Origin: Eledone cirrhosa
Taxonomy: Eukaryota
Reading direction: 5' to 3'
Assembly: GCA_964016885.1 (NCBI GenBank)
Contig: OZ024742.1
Span: 235,352,001-235,416,000 of the forward strand
DNA length: 64,000 nucleotides
Shown: in pieces, positions 19,844 through 34,800 of the stretch
Numbering within the stretch: position 1 is the stretch's first letter
Layout: each line of letters begins with the position of its first letter
Translations under genes and position numbers: made by a program
The notes under the pieces: model-generated
Told to the model about the DNA's origin: nothing
Seen by the model: only the letters and a program-made list of their open reading frames with translations
The model's database searches: none

Positions 19844-22800
19844 GTAAGTTGCTCCCTGTAGCTATACTGTGAAAGAGAGAGAGAGAGTGGGTATAAAATG
19901 ACGTCCTAGTTTATTGTTCTGACTTCCTTTAAACTGGAAAAGACTTCAAGAACCACCCACAAAAACCGACTTTTACTTATCTTTCACTAGAAATAGCAGA
20001 TAGAAGGGATCCCTTTCTCTTATTACAAAATAGTCATATTCTTGATTGCTTTAGTTTATAACAAAAATTATCTGCTTTCTTCAGGAATCTTCAGTTTTAT
20101 AGAGTCGGTGAAGAATATCGCTGCTTGTTTTTCTCCTCCTAAACCTATATTTTAAATTTAGGTTTATTTGTCATGTTTACCCTTTAATGGTGTATTATTT
20201 CGATACAAAATTTACTCATTGATTGTTTATTGATATGGAGGAAATGTTTAAATTTTAAAATTATAATCGCTCGAGCTCATTTCTGTTCCATGACCGGCGT
20301 CGGTCGTGGTTCTGCCCGTAAAATAAGCTTCGAAAAATGGCGGAGACAGAATTATCATCTCCATCAAAGCTGTACTTTTTTGCCCAACTTTATAATTTCG
20401 TTAACATCAAATCAGTTTACATATTTGCGATTTCTCTCCCCCTCTTGTTTCGATTTCATTGATATCCAGAGCGACCTAGAAGACTATTTAGTAAATATTA
20501 AAAGTGCTTTCATTAAATTCATTTTTTAAATACTTTTGTGGGTAACAAATATCTCCTAAGATCCTTCATAATGATGATAGTTAAGGAAGCTATTTCTTGC
20601 AAATGAAAACACATTTACTACAATAATAATTAATTATTTTCGTTCACTTTAATATCACTTGTTCCCTCCACCCTTTCATCCGTTCTGTTTACATCCTGTC
20701 AAGTTTGCTTACGCTTAGAAGACTGGCGCCAAACATTAACATACGCCTTTCACCTCCTTTCTCTTAACTGAGCTTTCCGTCGTCAACTGTGTGCGCTTAG
20801 TATAGATTCAGGAAGCCGTCTTCACTAATCGTTCGAATGATAAAATAGTTTGCCCGTTAGGCAGGTTTTTTTAAAATTATTATTATTGATGTTAGAGACC
20901 GCATGACGACGAATCACATACTTATCTTTATACAAATATCAGAAGCAATGAAGAAATTTGATTTAATCAGAAATAGAACGATGTTCCTCTATATCAAATT
21001 TATGAATGAATTAAAAAGAAAATATTCTGTGTATTTGATTATAGATATATAAATTTATTTATTAGACAAAGCAGGCGCACAATAAAAATGAGTCAGAAAA
21101 AAAATTATCTCAACGAATTTCAAGTGTTTAATAGAAGAAAAAAAATCGTTAGTACGTTGGGTTATATATATATTTATAAATATATATATTGTCCTTTCTT
21201 TTTTTTCTTTCCGAAGTACTGATTGGTAAATTTGATGTTTACAAATGTAGATAAATAAATATTTTATCAGAAAGTAACGTAAAGAAACTAGGGACTTTTT
21301 AAAATCCAATCCCGATTTCTTTCATATCTAGACAATAAGTAACAGGTACTACCTCGTGTTGAATTCGTCTTCAAATTGAAATATTTGCAATCATGAAATA
21401 CTTTAAATCCACGAAAGTAATTGTTATAGATAAATACAATGTATATTGTACAAAAATAAATTCGTGTATATCAAAAGTTACAAATAAATAACTGCAATTT
21501 TCTTGCTTATGACAAATTAATAAATACAAAATTACACTTCGTCGGAAGCAATTTAACTTACAATGATAACAAACAATTTAAAGATCCGTGATGCAAATTT
21601 GCAAGGAATATTGGAATTCGTGTTTATGAATGCACTTCTGAATGTTAACCCTTTTGATATCATATTTTTAATTTAAAAAACCCACTACCCATGATTTTCA
21701 AATTATTTTGAAAATGAAAAAAGAAATGGAGGGATTTAGTATTATAACTTTCTCATGGAGACTTCTGGTGTCTCTTGGGCCACCTCCCTACACATCACCA
21801 TCGGCAGGATTGGCTACCTGCAGGTGTAAGCTTCGCGAGCTGGAATGACTCTTCCAGCGCGTTTCCTTCATCATTCTCCGAGGAAACGCCTTCTCTATGC
21901 TGTCCGCCGGGGCGGCGAGTGCGTGGGCCCCCATTTGCTCATAATAGTGAGAGATGGGGAGAGGCAGTGACAATTGGAATTTGGTTCCTTTGTGTTCGGA
22001 CCTGGTGTATATGTATATATTTATTTACCGCACCACATCTTAATACTCAAAATCCTATATCGTCCACCAAAATTTCCAAATCACTTTCTCATTAAGTTAG
22101 CGTTTGGGACATAACTTAACGAATGTTTTTAAGCAAACGGTTTAGTATCGTTGAGCTAGGTTTGATATCAAGAATTAAACTTTCAACCATAGCATACCAA
22201 TTTTGCAGTTTGAAATGAATTGAATCTAAGAATATGAATATGCTTCTAATATGGTTTCCATTCCTTACTAGTTTAGTTTACATTAGATAAGAACTTTGAA
22301 TACTATTCCAGTAGTTTCTAAGTGCAAGCTTAATTCAAAGAAAGGTTTATAAATAAGAATATTGCACATTAAGGTTTATTTATATTCTAATGCATAAATT
22401 ACTTGAGATCTGCTAGCCATACACTCAACTAGTTAAGAATTCTTGGGAGCAATCCACAAGTCTAGTACCTTAAACAAACAATGCTTTAATTTGGTTCATG
22501 AATCCTCTTCATTAGTACTTGAAACATGCCATTTTTCGGTTTAGTCTCAGATCTCACTTCACACTTTGGTACACAGTGGTTGGTCATACCTTTCTATACT
22601 TTTCCAAACGTTGATCACACTATGAAGAATTGTGATAAATTCCTATTGTCATTTAGATTGATACAAGGAAAGTACTTGTGTTTGGAGTGATAAGCAATGA
22701 TTTTTCAGAAAACATATACTTTTCTAGTTTGAGTGGATAACTACTAGAAATAAATTAAATTGGTATTAGGAAGGGCATCAATCCGTAGAAACTACGCCAA

Positions 22801-25800
22801 AACATGAAACTTATGAGCAAGACATGGTTATCCAACCATGTTTTGTCTCAGACTGTGACAACATGTCTAACCCATGCCAGCATGGAAAACAAAGTAGTGA
22901 TGATGATAGATATGTAGCAACACTTCTTGTGTGTTTTAAGTAAATGTATTGCAATAAATATGTTTATATATATATATATATATAAAATATGTTTATATAT
23001 ATTTTTTTTTGTTCCCTCCAGGCCTAAAAGAACACTTAATAGTAAAAAGTATGGGGTTGATCTCATCCGCTATACACACACCATCACCACAGTATTACAT
23101 TGTTCTACAAAAGTAGATGGCAAGTATATTTCTATTTATTTCACAACACAATTTTCTAACTTTTTAATTAACTTTCAACATCTTATAATGATTTGGTAGA
23201 AAATATTTAAAAGAAGGTTTGCCAATTCAAATGTTTATAGTATCTTTACTTTTGGATGGATTGTTTTAAAAATTTGGAGTAAACTAATTTGTTGTTTTGT
23301 GCTTTTCACAAATGTTTTGCTAATGTGTTACAGGACTTTAGAAGTCAGTTGAAGATTTATATCATGAAAATTTCAGCTGCTTTGCTGGATTAGTACTTTA
23401 TTTATCAACTTCATAAAGATGAAAACCAAAGTTGGCATCAACAGGATTTGAACTCAGTTGAAACTGATTTAATCTGATGCTCTAACAACTCTGCCAATTA
23501 TTTACTGAATAACGTGAAATTAGCCAGCAAAACATCTCATCTTTTGCATGGAAGCAGTGACCAGCAAACCTTCTAAGATGTTCAGTCAGTCATGCACCTG
23601 CTTTGGGGATTTTTCCATATATCTGATTAAGCATGGGCTGGGTCTGCCAGGAAATATTTTGAGCTTTTCTCTGAAGATGGGAATGCAAGGTCCAAGTCTC
23701 AACCATAGCAAAGGATAGGCTCTACTGTTCTAAACAGGCTGATTTTAAGTTTGTTTGGCATATTGGATTTCCAAATTTTATCCAGTATATGAAATTTATT
23801 CCAGGCCAGGGCTCTACATATTAGGAAATCCTTTTCTGAGTTCATTATGAAAGAACCAAGGTGCTAAAAGTCTTCGACTTGCTTTAGGGGTTTCTATTCT
23901 GTTTTTCCATCTGGAGTTATGAATCATGATTTCAGGCTGATGTATAATGCTCTTATTGCTTTAATTATCTCCTCTGGAATGCCATAAAGTGGCAGTATGT
24001 CAAACATTACTTCCCGGTTGATTAAATTGAGTGCTTTCATAGAGTCCACAAAAATTATGCAAAATTCTTTATTGCCATGGCTCATTTCTTCAATGAATCT
24101 CTGATTTCTCCTCAAAATGCCATTCAGGAAAATAAATATCCTATTGAGAATCACAGGGTAGCTGTGAGTGAGATGCCTTGATAATATTTAAATAGTGCTA
24201 GATTTCTTTTCTTCGGAAGTGGAATTATATCTGGGGTAAGCCAAAGTGGAGGAGCATTTTGAGTGTTGAATAAAAGGTTGCAGAGTTCAAGGAAGGGGTG
24301 GAGGAAATTTTTATTCCCAATAATTGGTGCTATATTGTTGGGACCAATGGCCTTATTTTTAGGTAGATGCTCAAATACAGCCTGCAGTTCTTCAATTGTT
24401 AATAGGGTCATAGGAATATTGAGCGCATTGGAAACTTTAATCTTGGGAAGATCAGGTGTTACTTTGGGGGATTCTCCAAGAAGTATTTTGAAGTGTCCCA
24501 ACCAGATTTATGTTTTGAGGGGCTGATTCACCTTGAACAGCGACAGAAGATTTGTCCGTTCTACTGCTTATTTCATTAATTGATCTCCAAGCTGCTGCAT
24601 GTTGACCTACTGTGTTGAACAGAGAGATAGTTGATTGTTTCCAGCTCTTTGTTCTCCAATGTTAGAAACAAATTAAATTCATTATTTGTTTGGGCAAGTT
24701 CATCCTTTGCTTTTCTGACCTTATTGTGGGTTAAAGCCACATTCTTTTGGTGAGTTAACATCAATATCCTCCACTCTCTCTGGTGAGATTGTATTTGGCA
24801 ATTGCATTTGTGTCTTCAGAGCATAGAGATGAAAAGTGATTAAAAACCGAAACAGCATAGTTGTTTGACAGGTTGTTATTGTTAGTAACAAGATGCCAGT
24901 CAATGTGTTTCAAAGGATTTCCTGGCTACTGTTTCTGTGTATGAAAGCTGTTTAATTTTTGTAGACACTATTCTGTGATCTGACAGTACATTGTTGAAAG
25001 AAGAGTAGGCACAGCAATTATTAATGCTGTTGGTCCACTTCCTTCGTATTAAGACATAATCCAACCGAACCCTGCTTCCTGAAGGGTATTGTATATTGTA
25101 CTTTACAGATGTTTCATATTATTACCATATCCTAGGAAGTAGTTGAAACTTTAAAACATGGATATGTTACATTGGAGATGATAGGAATACAAATTTACTT
25201 TTAAAAATTTAATAGGTGCAGGCATAGCTGTTACAAAGTTTTTTGTTTTTTTTCTCATAGCAGGCATGGCTTATGTGGTTAAAGTGTTTGGCCTTCAATC
25301 ATAAAGTTATGGGTTCGATTCCCGGCAATGCATTCTGTCCTTGAGCAGGACATTTTATTTCACATTGCTGCAGTTCACTCACCTGGAAGAAAGAATGGGT
25401 TGTAGCAGTAATTCAAAAAGCCATACATATAGAATGGTCAACTAATTTTGTTATGGTTGTTCCATTGTGTTCACAAGTAGGCTGAAATGTTGTTCTGGTC
25501 TCAACAGTTCCAGTTGAGACCAAAACCAAAGGGGCTCCAACAACAATAAAAAAAAAAGTATAATATATATTCATATCCATGTGCTGAGAACTACTTATAT
25601 AAATACTTGGGTTTCATTTTTTTTTTTTTTTTTTCATAGATACAATCAGATACCTGTCTCTCCATGATAATAAGTACATCAGGTATTTTCCTGGACATTC
25701 TAAAAAGTAAGTAAACAGATTTTAAATGTTTTACATTTTGTTCACAAAATTATAACTATGAAAAGTAATCAATCATAATGTGTTTGTATATTTATTTATA

Positions 25801-28800
25801 TATATCTGTAACTTTAATATTTACATACATCCACACAGTGTGTTTCTTATCTTAGTCCTGCTGCTACAATAAAAAGTTTGCTTTCCAGTCACAAGGTCTT
25901 GGATTCTAACCCTACATTTGTCACTGTAAATAGTTATTTTCCCCAAGTTACTCATGCATTTAATCCTGTATGTCATTTGTACATATCAACATTTTACCAT
26001 GCTTGCATCAGTTAGATGAGTTATCCTGTTGTGAGACAAGCCAGATCAGGTTACCATGTCTTGCCCATACAGAACTGATTTTGGCTTGGTTTCTATGGCT
26101 GGATGTCCTTCCTAATGCCAACCATACAGTGTGTACTGGGTGCTTTTTATCGTAACACCTACACTTACTGAGTGGCTGGGCGCTTTTTGTTGTGGCAACA
26201 AAAACGACTGCTTTGCAGTGTGGCTTGGGTGGGAGAGGTGCATGGGGATTGAAAAGATAGATCTAGTGGGGTGTGGATGAAGGGTGGAGTAGGGGTGTAT
26301 GGAAGGGAGAGGGGGATAAGGGAAAGTAGTGTGTACTAGATGTATGCTTCTTTGTGTTCATGGGAAGGCAAATCTGCATAACACCAGACATCTCGATCCT
26401 GTGTCATTGCCTTTGAGATGTGTAATTGTGCAAGGTCTGCTTTTACTACCACATCCCAAGTCTTCCTACTCTATAGCTTCCATCAACTTTGAGCACTCTG
26501 CACCTTTTTGTACAGCTGTCATCCTTCATACACATCACATGTCCATATCAATCCAATCTTCTCTCCTGTACACTGCATCTGATCCCTCTTATGCCTAGTT
26601 TCTCAGTTCATTTATGCTTTGCTGTTCATGTATTACACATCCATTGAAGCATACCAGCATCATTTCTTTCCAATCTTCGCAGGTCTTCTACACACAGCGC
26701 CTAGTTCTCACTACCATGTAGCATTGCTGTTTTTATACATGCATCATACAATCTGCTCTTCATTTTAAGGGAAAAAACTTTTTGTAGCTAGCAACAGTAG
26801 TAGCTCCCTGAACCTTTTTCAGCCCATTCTTACACTGGCTACTGTACTTTTCACACACCCACCTTAACTGCTAATTTGGTCACCCAAGTAACAGAAGCTG
26901 TCAACTGCTTCTACGGAACCTTCCAAGAATCTGATAACACTTGTTTCCTATGTGTGTTTGTTATTTACTGCACTTGTGCTACAGCCACAAGTAAAGCCTA
27001 CGTTCTTAGCTAACTTACCTGTGTACCCATAGCTTGCAGAGGATGGAATTTCTACCTACTCCGTTCCTACACACAAATCCAAACTGCATTTCATCTAGGT
27101 TAATTCAATCCCTAATCAGTTGTACAATGATTTTCTGTAACTTTCATGACCTAGTCCATCAGTTTGATGCCATGATAATTCCCTCTGTCTAGCGCATCAT
27201 CTTTGCCCTTGTAGCAGTTGATGATGATGCTGCTGCTATGCCAGTTATTGGGTATGGCACCATTTTGTATTACTTACTTTCAGCATCTCAGCAACTATTC
27301 CTGATAGCCTCACTGCTTTGCCTGTTTTCATGTTCTTAATTGCCTTACTTACTACACTGCTACTGACTTGTACAGGTGATCCCTCTGTAGGGTGCTCCTG
27401 GGGCAGGCTATCTTCCTCCCACATTCTCCTCATTCATCAGTTTCGATGAGGGTAAGTGCACCATTGTCACCTCGAACACACTTCCCTCCCACAACATCAC
27501 TATTTTCCCTGACATACAGCCTTGTAATCCTGAACACCTTGCATCTTTGGGCATTACGCTTAACATTTTTACTTTCTGCTTCCCTTCTTGCAAATTATAC
27601 CTGTCGCCTAGCCTCTCCTGGCCACTTGGTAAAGCTCTCTGCTACCTCCATTTTGCCATTTCTTCCTTGCTTGTATCTTCGCTATAATTTTTTCATCCAC
27701 CCTACTATTCCACCAATAAGTCACTCTACTACTCTCTTGGCCTCTACTCCAGTTACGCTCCTCTATATCGTATGTCACTATTTCTTCCTTATTGTTCAAG
27801 TGTCAAGTAAGATATCCTTAAATTTGTTACAGGCTGAGAGCTCCTTCATTATCCATCATGCTGAGCATTTATGTTATATCCTAGGAATAGATAATTAGAA
27901 TATTTTTAGTGTCAGTAATCAACAATAACTAAAGGGTTAATTTCCCAGTTTGTATGATTGTCCATATATCTGGCAATCCTGAACCTGGATTCCAAAATGC
28001 ATTCAACGCTATTGCCATTATTATTGACAAGACAAGTCCATTAGTATGAATTAAAATGATGAATTTTTATAATTATTGTATATACTTGTAGATGAGACAC
28101 TATTTTATCTTTTACTAAAAAATGGGGCCTTAACTTTGTAGCAGTCACTAACATACACAGAGAGATGAATAATTGAGTATGTGAGGTGGGTTGGTTATGT
28201 CAGTATTTACTCTATATGAATACTGATGTTGGAAGCATGGAAAAACAGATATATAATGGAGATGATGATGATGATGATGACGTCTCGTGCAAAAACGTGG
28301 ATGAAACATACATGCATAGTTAGTTTTCTATCCAGCTGTAATCCTAATGCTCAGTAGATGCTACATATATTGTCAGTCATTTAGGAGTGATGATTTAAAT
28401 GTATGTTTTGGTTATAAAAAACACATTTGATTTTTTGATTCCAGGAACTTTGTTTAGATTGTACTAGCAATTATTGTTTTAATTTGCCGAACACATGACA
28501 ACTTCACAAGTGCTGGTGCATCCAGTACTCTCTGTAAAGTGATTGCCATTTGAAAGGTATAAGCCACAGAAACTATGTCTAAATATGGAATGTATGAGCA
28601 AGATGTTATCTAACCCATCTTCTCGGATCATGATGACCCATCCAACCCATAACAACATGGAAAACGGATACAAAATAATGATGATGACAACAGCAAGTGA
28701 AGTTGCAAACAATATTTGCAAAAAACAATCTATCTAGGGCAGGTAAAATTCCCGAAATCCATTGACGAGAACTCTCCAATGGTCTCTGTTCTTTATCATC

Positions 28801-31800
28801 ACTGCCATGTCCCGCTTGTCCCAGAGACCAATGTCTGTCTTTAGGGCATCTACATATGTCATCCTCAGTTTCCCGCTTCTAGTGTGTCCGTTCTGTGTAG
28901 GTGCTCCCATAGGACCACCGAGTGCAGTGTCAGCTCTGAATGTTGGTGAGCATGTCCAGCTAACCTCAGTCTCCTCTGTGTCACTTTTGAGCTGACTTTT
29001 GGGAGGCTCCCATACCGCTCTGAGTTCTTCATTCTCAGTGCATAGTGATAAATGTTCAGAGCCCTGCTCAGCATCCTCATGTAGCACACATCCACCATCT
29101 GAGTATGTCTCTTGGTCAAAAAAACAATATGTGATGTAATGCATAGGATAAAAGCTATAGCCAAAATATGATAAACGTAAAGGGGGTGTGATTTAGCTAC
29201 CATTCTGACATATGGTAGTTATGAATCTTGTCATAGTATTCTAATAAATACCTTACATATCCCTTTAGAAATGGTGTCAATGAAATTCTATTGTTCACAT
29301 GCTGTTTTCTTTTGTTTTATCAGGGTAGTTACATTATGTATGTCTCCAATAGACGATACATTCCTTTCTGGCTCATTAGATAAAACAATTCGTTTGTGGG
29401 ATCTGCGTTCTCAAAACTGCCAGGTAATTTTTATTTTTTATTTTGTGTTTTCTTTCATGCTTTGTTGTGTGTATCTGGTTTAGAATAGGCACACCATATC
29501 TTTGCATATTATAAGAGGTGGCTAAAATGGTTGCCATGTAGAACAAATGGTTGTAAAACATTGCTTCTAAAAGGACTCTAAGATGGGTATGAAACATGTC
29601 ATGGCTAGCGCCTGTTTTAGTAGCTTTAAAGCACTTGTTATTCTATTGCTGCTTCTGCTTACTTTTTCTTGTTTATCAAATATATTTCTTCGCCCACTTA
29701 TTCCTAAGAGGGTCGTAGGGACAGAGTCCTCTAACATTCTTTCCAGCAGGTCCTGTCAAGACCAACCAAGCTTGTGGGTGTTATCCAACCATCTTGTTCG
29801 GGGTTTGCCCATAAAATCTTTCCTGAGATATTCTAACCACATGCCCATAGTATCAGAGCTGTGATCTCTCAATTCGGAGAAGTAGTGAGTGACTCTGATC
29901 TCTGAACTATGCACTTTATCAAATAATGTTACTACAAAGACCTTTTGGAGGACCCCATTTCGGCCACTTTTATTCGTGATCATGTTCTTTTGGCCATTAC
30001 CCAAGCTTCATGACCATAGGCAAGGGTTGGCATAAATACCAAATTGAAGATAGTGAATTTGGTTCTTACACCTACCTCCCTTCTGATTACAGAATGCTGA
30101 AGATTGCATGTTACTGCACCAACTCCTGCAATTCTTGCACTTAATTCAGCCTCCTGCCTTCCATCACTCATGAATATGGCCTTGAGATATTTGAACTTCT
30201 CCACTTGCTTCAGTGGAACTCCATTCACATGTACAGTGCACTGCTTAGGCCTCTTTGAGAGGATAAGCACCTCAGTTTTCACAGCACTCGACATCAAAAT
30301 TATCGAGGGCAATTTGGAGGTCACCTACTGTCGAGTTAAGTAGCACCATGTTGTCTGCAAACTCCAGCCAATTGATTTTACACCTACCTGTCGTGATACC
30401 ACTTCCAACTTGCTGCACATGTCAATCCTATTTATGAAAATAATGAATAGGAGAGGTGACAGTATACACCCTTGGCGGAGTCCGACCTTTCACAGCAGGT
30501 CCCGGGGAATGTGATCATATGCCTTTTCGCAATTTACAAAACAAGAGCATACCTATTGGCAATACTCCCACGATTTCTCAAAGACCTGCCACAACATGAA
30601 TATTTGGTTGGCTGTTCTGCATCCAGGGCAAAAACCGCACTGTTCATCAGCTAGCTTGGACTCGACAGATTCCCTACATCTCTTTGCTAGAGACTTAGCA
30701 TAGAATTTACCAGGGAGGCTTAACAAGGAGATCACTCTGTAATTGAAACAATCTCTCTTGTCTCCTATTTTGAAAATGGGGATTATCACTCCTGATTGCC
30801 ATTACTTAGGTGTCTTTCCAGAGATCCAGGCCACCCAGCACACATGAGTCGGCTAGAGAATACCTTCCCTATTTAAGGCTTTTAACATCTCTGCCCAGAT
30901 TTCATCTTTCCCTGGTGGCCTTGCAACATTTGAGCTCTTTAACTGTTCTTGTGTCCTCAACCACCCAGAGATTAGTCACCGCTCCCAGATTCACCTCGTG
31001 TACACCAGAAAAGGCAGTTGTGATCAGGTTTAGGAGATCAACAATGTATTTTCTCGACCTTGCGAAGATGTAGCTCTCACAGGTGGCAGATAGCAATACG
31101 GCAACCAGATGTGATGGTTAGTTGCGATATAAACAGGCAGGTACTGGACGAATAAGCAACCAACAGCAGTCAACTACTAGGGGAGATGGAGCAGTGGATG
31201 ACACCCGTAGCTCTTAAAACTTTCACAATCCAGTGATGTATCTATGACAGGGCGAGTAAAGACCGCCTCTAAAAAAGTCTAGACTTCATGAGTTTGAGAA
31301 AGTACCAGATTGGTGACTGGCGCAAATAAGACCACCAAAACTGTAATATGGTGTGGGGTATGAGAAAGAAACATACTGCATTGTCCTTCGCGCGAGTTAA
31401 CGAAGGACGCGTTCAGGCCTTAGGTAGAGAGGCCTGTTCAAAAAAGGTATCATGCTGCAAAAACTAGCGATGGACTTGCGACCTGTCTTGGGTGGGGTGG
31501 GATGGACGCACAAAGATTGTGTATCGCAAGACCCCAAAGAGGGTTTGGAAGGGAACAAACCTTGACAATTGGAACCGGAAACAAATATATTTGAGTATGT
31601 TTAATTTTGTAATATTTTGAATAAATGAATTGTTATTTTTTCTTATTTTAAGGGGTTGATGCACTTACCTGGTCGACCTGTTGCAGCTTTTGATCCAGAG
31701 GGTTTGATATTTGCTGCTGGCATCAACTCTGAGTGTGTCAAGCTCTACGATCTTCGGTCGTTTGATAAGGTAATAAACATTAACTAGTTATTTGTTGAAC

Positions 31801-34800
31801 TGCTTCTTTTAAAGCATTTATAATAATATTTATCTCAAAATCTTCCATAATAATTTTATGTAAGAACATCTGTTTTAGTAATGCTTCAAACACCAGTTTG
31901 ATAATGATTTCTAATTTAGGTACAAAGCCAGCAATTTGTGGAATGGAGGAAAGTCAATTATATTGTCCCCAGTATTTTACTGGTACTTTATTTTATTGAC
32001 CCCAGAAGGATGGAAGGCAAAGTTGGCCATATTTGAACACACAATATAAATGGCTATAATTAAATACCACAAGCATTTTGTTCAACACTCTAAAGTTTTA
32101 TTACTAAATCCCTCAAAATCTCGAAACGAAAGGATTAATATTTTGTATTTATAATTGTTATTTACAATGCAACCTTTGAATAAATCATTTTTGATTTTTG
32201 ACTATTATATATTACATAGCTGAGTTGTTAAGAAGTTTGCTTTATAGTTAGGTTCAATTTCATTGTATAATGTCTTCGGCTATGGTAAATGTTATTTACC
32301 ATAGCCACAGGTTGACCCTAACCTCGTGAGTATAATTGGGTGGATGGAAACTATGGAAACCTATTGGAATGGTCATAATTCAAAGGTCCAGCCTTGTCAT
32401 CCTGATTTAGCTTGTTAATTGTGTTATGGTACAAGCCTGTGGTATACTCAGCCACATTCCCATTAATTCAGATTAAGTCAGATACTCAGTTGATGAAACA
32501 ACTGAAGGGTCTTGAAATCTGACAGAGGATCCATATCATCACCGAATAATTTTTTTTTTAAATTATAATTCGAGGAATTGTGGCATACAGTTTGTTAAAT
32601 TTACAAATGTATTTCAAATTAGTGAAACTAGCAGAAAAACCACCCTAGGGTGGTTTTTCTGCTAGCATGTGTAGGGTGTATATTGATATTATACATGTAG
32701 ATATGATACATCAAATAAAATCGTAATTGACAATATACACAGAAATTGAACGAAGTCTATGTAATCAGTAAAGTAATCCATGATACATTTAAAAAAAGAT
32801 GATATTATATATAAACTGCATTAGGAGAAAATTAGTGATGGAAATATATGTGATATTTTTATAAGTGTTATAATATAACGCCCGCTAACCGGAAGTGTTG
32901 ACATTTGAAAATTTTAAAGAAGTGAATCTTTAAATAAGCTATAAAATATATTTAATCAACAGCCACGAAATTTAGCACATAAGTTATGTAATCATTTATT
33001 ATTTATTCAAAGTAATCCAACTTATTTTACAAACGGGGTAAAAAAATATATTCTGGACACAGTCCCGCACTCCTTTCTTTAGTATAGTTAAGATATTTTA
33101 TATTGCTACTAATTAGAAAAAAACAGTATTGGGAAAAAGCACTACCAAGAAATAGCATTAACCCTTTTGATACCAAACCACCCCTAGTTCTCTGACACAA
33201 GGCTGTTTAAGTATCTAGATTTATCTAAAATCTTTGTTAAATTATATCCCAAACACCAGATAGATAATGAGAACGCTAGTTATATTAACTCTTGACTCCT
33301 ATTGTCCTTAGCTGCATGAAACCACATTAGCAAGACATTCTTGAAATTACTGCAAATTCTCACTGATTTGCCCCATAATAAAAATACTATTAATATTTGA
33401 ATTAAGAAACTTAGAAATTTTTTGCTAAACCATAGTTAATAAAGCCTTCCAAATTTTGGATTATTTTCAAAATTATTTGAAAATAATAGACAGTGTCTTT
33501 CATTAGAAATAAGAGAACTAAAAGGTTTAATAATTCTGTTGTTTTATTGTATTTTTCAGGGTCCCTTTACCACATTCAAATTGAATCAGGATAAGGACTG
33601 TGATTGGACTGGTATGAAATTTAGTCCTGATGGTAAATTAATTCTGATTTCAACTAATGCTCAAGTAATTCGCTTGATAGACGCTTTCCACGGAACTCCT
33701 TTGCACACATTCACAGTAAGTTGGTGGTCATTGTGCTAAAAGTAGAAACAATTATTTTTTTCTTTAATTAACTCAAGATCTTAATAATTTAAAGTTGTTT
33801 TTAAAAAATAATTGGATTTTTAACAATCCAGTTGTTACAACCATGCTATTAAGAAGTTCACTTTGGAATCACATGATTTGCTGTTCAATCCTACTGAATG
33901 GGATCTTGGCCAAGTGCCTTCTATAGCATTGGCTTTATTGATGCCTTGTGAGCAATTTTGGAAGGCAGAAACTTGTTAGCTAGATACATACAAAAGGCTT
34001 CAAAACGTTCGTGGAAAAAGTACATAGCTAAAAATCATATGCAGGGATTTTGATCTCAATGCATCTGTACGTTCTTGTACTAACGTGTCATAATATGTTC
34101 TAACATGAACCCTTAAATGCATGTTGCAACACGGTGGCTCAAGTCGGAAGTCAGCAACATAGTCTCCATCAAAACATCAAATTCTTGGTGAAGCTAGAGT
34201 GGAACAACAGCCATTGACACTCTAGAGCAAGTTTATGGGGACAATGCCCCAAAGAAATCAACAACCTACTAATGGATGTCGTTTTAGAAGTGGAAGAGAT
34301 GAGGTTGAAGATAATCTCCAATTAAAGTTGTAAAAAAAGCTGCTTTGACATGGTTTAAATCACATGGCTCTCAGTTTTACACAGATGAACTTAAAAGCTG
34401 GTATCAACGCTTGCAGATGGAGCATATGTTGAAAAATAAACATCATAACTTAAACCGTTTTTTCCAACTGTCTGTTTTCCACAAACTTTTTGATGCCCTC
34501 TCGTATATGTCTAACTCTTGCTCCCAAGGAAAACAGACATTAAATTATGATGACAATGTCAGTCTTCATATCCACACTAATTAAAATGAAAGGTCAAATT
34601 TCTTTATGTCCTACTTAATACATGCTGCACTATAGCAGTTCAATGAACATCTGCAGTACATAGATACTTAATACAAGAGATGTGGAGAATGACATCTGGC
34701 TATAGAAAAAACTACCTTAAAATCTTATGCAACTCATGTAAGCATGGCTATAAGAACTAGTTAAAAATAATGATTAAACTGAAAAAAAAAAGAGGAAAAA

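Noticed and set aside
25262-25330. tRNA gene
   Set aside because: A/B boxes are present but there is no cloverleaf, and it continues into a repeated SINE core
23120-25639. let-7 microRNA, as hosted in a vertebrate WDR82 intron
   Set aside because: No TGAGGTAG-type mature sequence or hairpin seen by eye
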